A DNA stretch of 64,000 nt from assembly GCA_964393205.1 (NCBI GenBank), contig CAYMSV010000002.1, positions 160,843 through 224,842 of the forward strand, written 5' to 3'. Positions 56,479 through 64,000 of the stretch are shown piece by piece (positions within the stretch are counted from its first letter, which is position 1; each line of letters opens with the position of its first letter). A program made the position numbers and the translations under genes. The notes below the pieces were generated by a model. That model searched no databases. It had not been told where the DNA came from and was given only the letters and a program-made list of their open reading frames with translations. Source of the DNA: an uncultured Pseudomonadales bacterium (GTDB lineage: Bacteria; Patescibacteriota; Microgenomatia; UBA1400; PJMF01).

Positions 56479-58725
56479 ATGAACATAAATAGTGAGTTTT
56501 CACCTAAGAAGGGTTTTTTTAGAGAAGTAGATAAAGGTGGGGGTGGTGGTGGTGGTGGTGGTGGAGGTAAAGATGATGAGGGTGAATCTAGTAGCAACAA
56601 CGAACAAGAAGATGCTAAAGGAGCAACAATGAAAACAGAAAAAGAAATCTTAGACAATGTTTTACCAATTCTAGGAGCTGACATCAAAAAAACAGCTCAG
56701 TTAATTGACGACCTTGAAGCTGAAGCAGCCATTGAGGTGCTAGAGCAATCTCGAGACTTAGCTATGTGGTATAAAACTTCTTCTCCTAAAGAAACAGCAG
56801 CATTAGCTTTTCTTAAAAAAAAGTTAGAAGAAAAAGCTGCAGAATTAGGTTATTCTTTTGAAGATGAATTGGAAGAAAGCGAGGGGAGTGTAGGGGGTGC
56901 AGAAAGTGTAGAGAGTGCAGAAGATGGAGAGAGACCTTCTTGGCAAACAAAGTTTGATCGTTTATGGGACGAGTTGCAAGATACCTATAGGGAGAGAGCT
57001 AGTTCTAATCCAGACATTCGTGATTTAACTTCACAACTCACTGAAATTGTTGAAGAACATTTTTCTGAAGAAGAAAAGAGGGCTTATAGAAGAACTCTAT
57101 TAATGAGAGATGTAGCTAACCCCAATGCAGTCTTTAGGCATTTGTGTACTGAAACACCTGAGGAAGCTCGAAAAAAATCTTATCTTAATGAAGCTCATGA
57201 ATTAAGAAAATATATGGATTTAGAAAATGTTTTTGGAGTGTCCATAAAAGAAATCGTTGACTATTTAGAAACAGATGCTTTTGATAATATTGAGCATAAA
57301 ATAACGAGGGGAGACGGAAGTATTGGTGTATTTCATTGGGATTATGCTGCTAATGGTGATCCGGAAGAAGAGCTTTATGCTCCAAGAGAAGATGATGGAA
57401 CTATTGATTTTTCGGGTTTTCCAAATGAAGGAGACGTGATTCCTGATGAGGAGTGGAAGGGGAAAAAGGCCCTAACTCTTCAAGAGTTGATTGAAAATAA
57501 ATTTCCAAAATTAAAAGAAATTCCTAAGTTTGTTTCCGATTCTTTAATAACCTTTGTTATAGTTTCTGAGCTTAGGTATCATAAATTTTATCCATATTAC
57601 AACTATTATCAAAACTCTCCTATTAATGGTATGGATGCCGGTGCTCTTTTACCCTGGGGTATACCAGGCTATTTGGGCTATAAGGCTGCTTCGATTCAAA
57701 AAATTCCTGGATATAGCTCGATTTTGATGTTAACGAGACATCCTAATGAAGAAAAGTTAAAAGAAGTTAATGACTTTGAAGGTACTGACGAGGAGATTGA
57801 AGATTCTATAAATGCCGAATACAGGACTATAAATTTTGAAGAGGACTGGGCGAGAGGGCGCTTTATTTTTAAGAAAAATGACAATGGCGTTGTTGAAAGA
57901 AATCATGGCAGACGTATTAGGGAACACGAATATGTTGAAAATCGTAATGAAAGTTTTGAAGGTGATAGTTTATATGATAAGACATCAAAAAAAAAGAGAT
58001 TTGATAAGGCTCTAGAGAACAGAGAAATAATGGTTATGGTGAGAAATGCTCTTTGCTGGATGTTTTCTCCAGACGTAGATTTTGGTTCGGTTACTCTTAA
58101 TCCTGACATGCAATTGCTACCCAGCCCTTGGAATGTGATTAAGGGTAAATGGAGAGGTGAGTCTATTAACATTACCTTAGATGATCTTTTTGAAGTTTAC
58201 GATCAATTTAATAAATTTGCTGAAGAAATAGATAACGTCCCAAGCATAACTCAGCCAATGCAGGCAATGACTCTACTCTCAGATTTAATAAGCAATACTT
58301 CTAGGTTTAAGGTTATCTTTGGTAAATTAAATAAACCCGTTTTTCAAGAATTATATGATCTCGTTGGATTAATGTATATGTTTTATCTTAAGAAATTATT
58401 TGATCAATATATGAAATTGCCAAAAATGAAGGGTTTGTCTTATGCTACAACCCCAAAACACATGGTTTTTGCTCAAGAGGTAATACATGAGGTAGAATTT
58501 GACAGAACTCTGCCGCCGTTTATCAAAGAAACCATTGTGAAAGCCATGAATCAATTAGGCGTTGTCGCAGATGGAAAATGGGGAGTTATATTCTCTCCAC
58601 CAACTGCGGAAGATGAAACCCCTCTATTTATTAGATTTCAGCAGCTCGTTGGTTCTGGTTTTGCTCAAAATTTAAATCGTTGGCTTAAACCGGCTAGACC
58701 TGAAGAAAAAGATCCAAATCAATAA
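56479..58725 (+). CDS. hypothetical acidic cytoplasmic protein with Gly11 run (embedded antisense in the T4SS-like locus)
   Basis: 748 aa, D/E-rich, no TM helix. It has the Gly run 'GGGGGGGGGGG'. No known motif. Confidence 0.45.
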   Translation: MNINSEFSPKKGFFREVDKGGGGGGGGGGGKDDEGESSSNNEQEDAKGATMKTEKEILDNVLPILGADIKKTAQLIDDLEAEAAIEVLEQSRDLAMWYKTSSPKETAALAFLKKKLEEKAAELGYSFEDELEESEGSVGGAESVESAEDGERPSWQTKFDRLWDELQDTYRERASSNPDIRDLTSQLTEIVEEHFSEEEKRAYRRTLLMRDVANPNAVFRHLCTETPEEARKKSYLNEAHELRKYMDLENVFGVSIKEIVDYLETDAFDNIEHKITRGDGSIGVFHWDYAANGDPEEELYAPREDDGTIDFSGFPNEGDVIPDEEWKGKKALTLQELIENKFPKLKEIPKFVSDSLITFVIVSELRYHKFYPYYNYYQNSPINGMDAGALLPWGIPGYLGYKAASIQKIPGYSSILMLTRHPNEEKLKEVNDFEGTDEEIEDSINAEYRTINFEEDWARGRFIFKKNDNGVVERNHGRRIREHEYVENRNESFEGDSLYDKTSKKKRFDKALENREIMVMVRNALCWMFSPDVDFGSVTLNPDMQLLPSPWNVIKGKWRGESINITLDDLFEVYDQFNKFAEEIDNVPSITQPMQAMTLLSDLISNTSRFKVIFGKLNKPVFQELYDLVGLMYMFYLKKLFDQYMKLPKMKGLSYATTPKHMVFAQEVIHEVEFDRTLPPFIKETIVKAMNQLGVVADGKWGVIFSPPTAEDETPLFIRFQQLVGSGFAQNLNRWLKPARPEEKDPNQ
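56539..56568 (+). repeat. (GGT)n trinucleotide microsatellite, ~10 units, in-frame (poly-Gly)
   Basis: ggtgggggtggtggtggtggtggtggaggt. Confidence 0.8.
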
Positions 58726-58780
58726 AAAAGATAGCAAAATGGAATGGGGTGTTTTAAAAATTTTAAAAAAACTAAAATTA

Positions 58781-60523
58781 TTATTTTTTGTTTTTACCAA
58801 GTACTCTGTTCATTAAATCAATAGAATCCTCAACTTCTTGTTTATGTGTGGCTCTTTCTCTATTTTTTCCAGTCGCAAATCCTTTACCAATTGAGAGTTT
58901 TCCTGGTTCTCCCCCCGGAGTCGTAGGTTTAGTTTTAATTGGTAATTCACCAGTATCAATAAAATGAGTTACTGGGTTGAGTATGTCTGGTTGGTTAAGT
59001 CCCGCAGAGTGTTCTACATTAATTGCTGTATTTACTCCAGTATGAGCTCCTTGTTTCACACCGGTGCCAAATCCTTGTATAATACCTTTGCCAATTGATC
59101 CAAAACCGCCTGATACATCTCCCATTCTCATTTGACCAATAGCTTTAGGTATGTTTTTAAATCCTCCGCCAATTGCGCCAATTGGTCCTCCAGCAAGGGC
59201 GCCAGTTGCACCAAGTCCAACTCTACCACCTAACGGAAAGGCTTTTTTAGTTCTTTCTATGGCCGCTCCTGCTAAGCTACCCATAATTCCTTCTTCCACT
59301 CCAAGTTTCTTTTTTGCCTCTTTCATAATTTCCGGAATAGTTAATAAAATGCCGATGGCTACCAAAGCTGGAAAAGCAGCTCCCTGTCCTTGTCCTAATA
59401 GAAATGGTGGCATAAAACCACCAACCTGTGTTCCTGTGCCAACATATTTGCCAGTTGTGAGCATACTATTAACTAGCAAGCAAATCAAAACTAGTGGCCA
59501 CATAATTAAATTGCCAGTTAGATTTTTTAACCAAGACACGAAGGTATTTTTTCCTGGAATAGCGCCGACCATTAATATGACTGGTGCAAAGACTATTTGC
59601 AAAATAATTGCAATATAAGACTTCAATAGTTCAAAAAAGATTTTAAAACTACTAAATAAAATCGCTAAACCAATGATGACGATGGCAGATAGGGAAGACA
59701 ACCAAGCAACAGCGGTAGATAGCCAACCAGTGCCCAACAAACCGCTTATTAAATTTCGCAGGGTGTTTCTAACATCATTGCCAAAATTATCAAACATCCT
59801 GCCAATCAGGTTAAAAATATTACCTGTAATTAAAGTGGTTTCGCCCCCAATTAAGGTAGTTAACATGTACATTAATAAGTACATTAGATCAATCAAAAAA
59901 CCAGCTATCGCATAGGAAAAAGTGACAGCCAACATTGCTACAATGATGCTGGGAATTGCTTGTTGAACTGTGATTGCAGCTTGACCAATTTTAGCTCTAA
60001 ACATAATCATAAAACCAATTATCAAAAAAATAACTACAAAAAATAAATAGGCAACATTGCGAAAATTTTTCCAAGTTTCAAGAATAGGGTCTAGTGCAGC
60101 AAAACCAAGTCCTTGTGCCTGGGCTTGGGGCATAATTTTAGCGTTTTGTAAAACGTCAGCTACGTAAGTTACTGAACTTGCGGGAGGGTCATACATAGCA
60201 ACAATGCCGCTGTTTACAACACTGATTAGTCCAGAACCAACAGCCTCATTAAACATGCTGGTTTCACCATCCATTTCTTCACCTCCACCCATAATATGGA
60301 GGTTAATAACGTTAAGTAGGTTGGAGGTAGTTTCTGTAACATGTTTTTCACCACTAACTCCCTCTTCAACTAAACTTGAAGCCATATTGGTAGTTGCTTC
60401 TTTAGCACTAAATTGAGTTTTTAGCCAATCCCAAACACTAGCTTGAGCTGGTTTAGTTACTAGAGACCAGGTTAAGAAAAAAGTAATGATAAATATAACA
60501 AATCGAGAAATAGCTTTTCTCAT
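58781..60523 (-). CDS. VirB6/TrbL-like polytopic membrane protein with Gly-rich C-terminal tail
   Basis: Signal peptide '...KPAQA|SV', a ~140-aa extracytoplasmic domain, at least 6 TM helices, and a Gly-rich tail 'GGPIGAIGGGF'. This is the VirB6 topology. Confidence 0.5.
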   Translation of the reverse strand: MRKAISRFVIFIITFFLTWSLVTKPAQASVWDWLKTQFSAKEATTNMASSLVEEGVSGEKHVTETTSNLLNVINLHIMGGGEEMDGETSMFNEAVGSGLISVVNSGIVAMYDPPASSVTYVADVLQNAKIMPQAQAQGLGFAALDPILETWKNFRNVAYLFFVVIFLIIGFMIMFRAKIGQAAITVQQAIPSIIVAMLAVTFSYAIAGFLIDLMYLLMYMLTTLIGGETTLITGNIFNLIGRMFDNFGNDVRNTLRNLISGLLGTGWLSTAVAWLSSLSAIVIIGLAILFSSFKIFFELLKSYIAIILQIVFAPVILMVGAIPGKNTFVSWLKNLTGNLIMWPLVLICLLVNSMLTTGKYVGTGTQVGGFMPPFLLGQGQGAAFPALVAIGILLTIPEIMKEAKKKLGVEEGIMGSLAGAAIERTKKAFPLGGRVGLGATGALAGGPIGAIGGGFKNIPKAIGQMRMGDVSGGFGSIGKGIIQGFGTGVKQGAHTGVNTAINVEHSAGLNQPDILNPVTHFIDTGELPIKTKPTTPGGEPGKLSIGKGFATGKNRERATHKQEVEDSIDLMNRVLGKNKK

Positions 60524-60616
60524 ACAAGGTATATTTTAATTGATTGTGACGCCATGTGTAAAGTGAAGTTTTTTTGCGCTTGACAATCTATCAAAGAATA
60601 TTTAACAATATCAAAG

Positions 60617-61501
60617 ATGATCGATCAAAACCAAATAGTTCGTTTATTAGAGTTTTTCTCTACGAGCGAAAGAATATTTTTTTTATTTTCTAACAGTCAA
60701 CAAAGGGATTTGTCTTTAAGCGCTTTAGCCAGTCATTTATTTTTTGAGGATTTAATTTCATTAAATAAATCAAAATTAAAACTAAAAGAAACAGTTGTTT
60801 TTTCTCCAAGTAAACTGACAGAGTCATTTAAGCAGTGGCCAGAAATTAATAACTATTTAAAACAAAATAATTTATTAGAAAAAATTCAACATGATTTGGG
60901 CAGAGAAAATTTATCAATTGTTTTTCCTTATAAAAAAAACCAAGTAGATAAAGTTTCTTATCATATTGATGACAAGGCCAAGCGCTTCTATTTAAGTATT
61001 AAACCTAAAAAAGGTGTTGCTCCATTAAGTCAAAAAGAAGTGGAATTTTCTTATACTGGTTCTAGTGCTGACTTATTAATTTTATTTGGAGTTAATGATT
61101 TAGAAGACCTCAAAGAATTATATTTTGCTCATGAAGAACTTTATCAAAACACCTCTTTAGTAACAGTTAACACTTTTTTACCAGACTTTGGTACTCTTAA
61201 TTTAGATATTAGTGGAAGCATTGGCTATGGCGAAGCAACTTTTTATTTATTAAAAAGCCTGACCAATTTCTTAGATATCGAATTAAGCTCTTTTACTCAT
61301 ATTGAGCAAATTACTACTTTGTTGTTGACGGGTATTAGTTTGAAGACAGATCAATTTAGCAGTAAACAAATGACGGCCAATAGCTTTTTAGCAGTAGCTG
61401 AATTATTGCAATTAGGCGCTCAGCGCTTAGAACTCAATAAGAACGAGATTACTAAACATAAACAGAAAAAATCTACAGCACACAAAAAATCAAAAAAGTA
61501 A
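60617..61501 (+). CDS. hypothetical cytoplasmic protein with basic C-terminus
   Basis: 294 aa, no TM helix. It ends 'KHKQKKSTAHKKSKK'. Confidence 0.35.
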   Translation: MIDQNQIVRLLEFFSTSERIFFLFSNSQQRDLSLSALASHLFFEDLISLNKSKLKLKETVVFSPSKLTESFKQWPEINNYLKQNNLLEKIQHDLGRENLSIVFPYKKNQVDKVSYHIDDKAKRFYLSIKPKKGVAPLSQKEVEFSYTGSSADLLILFGVNDLEDLKELYFAHEELYQNTSLVTVNTFLPDFGTLNLDISGSIGYGEATFYLLKSLTNFLDIELSSFTHIEQITTLLLTGISLKTDQFSSKQMTANSFLAVAELLQLGAQRLELNKNEITKHKQKKSTAHKKSKK

Positions 61502-61517
61502 AAAAATCCAAGTTTAA

Positions 61518-64000
61518 CTATTGGTTATACATAATAATAGCAGTAGTTAAGACTCCGAGCCTTTGGAAAAGTGGATATTTATTGGTGTTTCCATTAGTGT
61601 CTGTAGCATTACAGACAGTTCCTCCGCCGTCTTTAAAGCAAAGTCTAATCGCTCTCTCTACAAAATCATCAGTAGGGTAGCGACCCATAACGTCAAAATA
61701 GCGATTTCTAATTTTTTCGGCATCGTCTGTATTAGATGGTCGATTACAGGTAAATTCAACTGTATCCATGCAAAAAATTAAATCCATTTCTTGATGTCTA
61801 TCATCGATCCAGTTAACTGGATAAATATGGTCATCTCCTTCCATACTAACTGGACAATATCCAGCCAAACGCCAACGAGTTGGTCTTTCTTGGCCAGTAT
61901 AATCTGAGGTGCAGTTGCCATTACCGGGGCCGTTATAGCGGGCCAAACCCATTAACAAGGTTTCATAATCCAATTGCACCTGTTCTGGTGGTAAGCCGTT
62001 CATACCCATTTTATCTTTTAAGTGTTCCATGGCGATAGTAGCATCTTCCAATAAACTACCGCGCAGAGGACCGCCATCCAATAGTGATTGATCTGGACTC
62101 ATACCACCCTCCATCCAGTGAATTCCCGCAGCAATTTCGCAAGGTATGCCTGTAGTAGCTTCTACTTGCCCATAGACGTCTATTAACTCTGAAGTAACTT
62201 TTGGAACAACATATGCGCTGAAGTCGTTTAAAGCAATTTCTGGTATTTCTTCATAATTGGGTAGTCCTTCAACTTTGCTAAAAGCTAAACCCTCGCAAGT
62301 TGCCTCTAGTTTTCCTTGAGCTCCTTTACAGCGACCTAAAAATAAATCTTCAACTCGCTCACAGGATGCTACATATTCATAGGCATCATCGGCAGTACTG
62401 CGAATAGTTGTTTGTATTTTTCTAATAAACCAACCAAGACCAAAGTCAGGAAACAACAGGCCATGTTCTGGACGACCTGCTGTAGTGACGCCAAAGGCTT
62501 TATCATCACAAACTTGTATATAAACTGGATTGCCCAAGGCATCTACAGCTCCATCGGGATCTGGCTCTAAACGACAATTAGTTTGCCAGCTAAAACCGTC
62601 ACTATCGCTATAAGCCGCATTACTATTCTTAATAGTGTAATATTTAGGAATAGCTCCAGTTTTACCCTCCATATCTACCAAAACGTTATTTTTTATCAAT
62701 TGAAAAAGAGAATCTCTGTTCCAAAAAATACCCAGAGATTTATTAACATCTTTTACGTTTTCTCCAATTGGTAAAACCAAATATGCTTTAACCTGGACTT
62801 TTTCTCCAGCATCAACAATTGGATTACTTACGGTGATGTCCCAAGAGAAATTAGTTTCTGCTTCACTATCTAATCGATCTAATAACTCATTGTTAAGTGG
62901 ATTGTTTTTATAAGGATTACGAGCAGTATCATCAAAATATTTTGTAGCGGGAGTGAAAAGATCTCCAGCTTTTTCAAAATGTATATCATTGGTGTTGACA
63001 ATATCTTCTACGGTAATTTCAGTTTCTGGGTCTTCCAAATCTATAATGCTTACAGCTTCAACTGAACAAGAAGGTTCAGCGCCATTAATAATATCAATCA
63101 GAGCATTTTCTAACATATTGTCAGAGCTTCGTTCGCATTGAGGCATGCCAGCACACTGAATAGTTTTTTCTGATTCAGGCCAAGAATTTGCTTTAGCTGC
63201 TGCACCAATCAACAATTCTCTTTCCCAATTTTGATTATCAAGATCTTGAACATTTTGTGCATGATTTTGTAGAACAAGTTTAGTTAGTTCTAAACTATCT
63301 ACATTATTTAAAATTCGTGATTTATTAGTGGCGAATTCAGGAATTTTAAAGGCAATAAAGATTGGAGCATCTTTTTCATAAGATCCGCCATCTGTTTGTA
63401 AAAACTTTAATTTATTATTAACAGGAGTTTGTTTGGGTACGAGTACCAAAAAGGCCAAACGATAAAGATTGTCTAAATCAAAACTAACTTTTTGAATTGC
63501 TGCTCGGTTGAGAGCTAAAGTTTCAGCTAGAGCTGGACTTTCTTCCTCTGGATATAAGTCTTTACAGATGGCTGAATTTCTTTCAGATCTACTAGCACCT
63601 GCCAAATCAGGCCTCATATTATCCAAACGCTCTTTGATCCCCAAGTAATCAAAATTAGCACTGGGAATTCCTAGCGAAGCATTGGCTTCGATTTCAACTT
63701 CTTTGTTTAAAAAACAGTTGATAAAAAATTTGTCGCATAATTCTCCAATGACGTCTAAATTATTTTTTTTATAAAAACATTGCCAATAAGAACTTAAAAG
63801 GCGTCCTGTTATTCCAGTAGCATTTAAATAATCATCATCGGTGAAAGCCTCTTGTAAGTTAGCGCCAAACATACCCTCAAAAGAGTCGTTTTTATCGGTA
63901 GACTCACTATCTTCCATGCCACGTAGCAGGGGGATTCTAGCGTTTTCTAAATTAAGATATTGGGGGCTGGTGCCACTAAAATATCTAAGAGTATTAGGAA
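61518..64000 (-). CDS. Cys-rich acidic protein with SLT-like lytic transglycosylase motifs (VirB1-like candidate); 5' end beyond window
   Basis: The frame stays open from the ORF-track M (63917) to the window edge. 'IAAGIHWMEGGMSP' (ES-type catalytic Glu) and 'LMGLARYNGPGNGN' (AYNAGPG-like) are about 80 aa apart, as in SLT domains. More than 25 Cys. Confidence 0.45.
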   Translation of the reverse strand, partial: PNTLRYFSGTSPQYLNLENARIPLLRGMEDSESTDKNDSFEGMFGANLQEAFTDDDYLNATGITGRLLSSYWQCFYKKNNLDVIGELCDKFFINCFLNKEVEIEANASLGIPSANFDYLGIKERLDNMRPDLAGASRSERNSAICKDLYPEEESPALAETLALNRAAIQKVSFDLDNLYRLAFLVLVPKQTPVNNKLKFLQTDGGSYEKDAPIFIAFKIPEFATNKSRILNNVDSLELTKLVLQNHAQNVQDLDNQNWERELLIGAAAKANSWPESEKTIQCAGMPQCERSSDNMLENALIDIINGAEPSCSVEAVSIIDLEDPETEITVEDIVNTNDIHFEKAGDLFTPATKYFDDTARNPYKNNPLNNELLDRLDSEAETNFSWDITVSNPIVDAGEKVQVKAYLVLPIGENVKDVNKSLGIFWNRDSLFQLIKNNVLVDMEGKTGAIPKYYTIKNSNAAYSDSDGFSWQTNCRLEPDPDGAVDALGNPVYIQVCDDKAFGVTTAGRPEHGLLFPDFGLGWFIRKIQTTIRSTADDAYEYVASCERVEDLFLGRCKGAQGKLEATCEGLAFSKVEGLPNYEEIPEIALNDFSAYVVPKVTSELIDVYGQVEATTGIPCEIAAGIHWMEGGMSPDQSLLDGGPLRGSLLEDATIAMEHLKDKMGMNGLPPEQVQLDYETLLMGLARYNGPGNGNCTSDYTGQERPTRWRLAGYCPVSMEGDDHIYPVNWIDDRHQEMDLIFCMDTVEFTCNRPSNTDDAEKIRNRYFDVMGRYPTDDFVERAIRLCFKDGGGTVCNATDTNGNTNKYPLFQRLGVLTTAIIMYNQ

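Noticed and set aside
56430-56687. Minus-strand ORF with an 11-Pro run
   Set aside because: It is the antisense translation of the (GGT)n Gly run in the 56479..58725 gene and has no independent support.
1-64000. CRISPR arrays, rRNA genes, integrases/transposases, prophage structural genes
   Set aside because: No regularly spaced direct repeats, no rRNA-like conserved stretches, and no integrase, transposase, capsid or terminase motifs were seen in any frame.

Overview
This is a low-GC (roughly 30% by eye) bacterial chromosomal window read in the standard genetic code. Long ORFs such as dnaA, valS and the VirB4-like gene are intact, and most genes are small and tightly packed, often overlapping. 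The gene content is consistent with a reduced, monoderm-like lineage such as CPR/Patescibacteria: Pro/Thr-linker Cys-rich surface proteins, isopentenyl phosphate kinase, an ATP-dependent DNA ligase, and a minimal VirB4/VirB6/VirB2-type type IV secretion system (T4SS). That placement is inference only. Layout: (1) 1-14.8 kb is a surface-glycan biosynthesis locus. It holds two GT-C-like polytopic membrane proteins, a GDP-mannose 3,5-epimerase-like epimerase, two GT1 and two GT2 glycosyltransferases, a Wzy/O-antigen-ligase-like protein, a TylF-like methyltransferase, a P-loop kinase, IMPDH-like and HAD proteins, and a PglC-like initiating sugar transferase. (2) 14.9-18.0 kb encodes three paralogous secreted or anchored Cys-rich proteins with Pro/Thr tandem-repeat linkers, followed by a tRNA with anticodon UAU. 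(3) 18.6-21.5 kb holds isoprenoid genes (isopentenyl phosphate kinase, polyprenyl synthase), with idi and uppS further on at 34-35.7 kb. (4) 21.5-30 kb is housekeeping: MFS transporter, pth, a GT28-like protein, ATP-dependent DNA ligase, a Fic protein, NAD(P)HX dehydratase, recF. (5) 30.6-34.3 kb carries an ECF sigma factor transcribed divergently from a tandem array of seven small VirB2/TrbC-like double-transmembrane (double-TM) pilin paralogs. (6) 34.3-39.2 kb holds uppS, idi, valS and L25. (7) 42.5-48.3 kb is rnhA-jag-yidC-yidD-rnpA-rpmH-dnaN-[candidate oriC with DnaA boxes]-dnaA, all on the minus strand. (8) 48.3 kb to the window end is a T4SS-like locus. Its operon is VirB4 ATPase, a VirB4-N-like protein, a VirB3-like protein, a small anchored protein and a 1115-aa membrane protein with an extracytoplasmic C39-like peptidase domain. 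The locus also has a VirB6-like polytopic protein and a partial Cys-rich protein with an SLT-like lytic transglycosylase motif, plus two genes of unknown function. No rRNA, CRISPR array, integrase, transposase, relaxase or coupling protein was seen.
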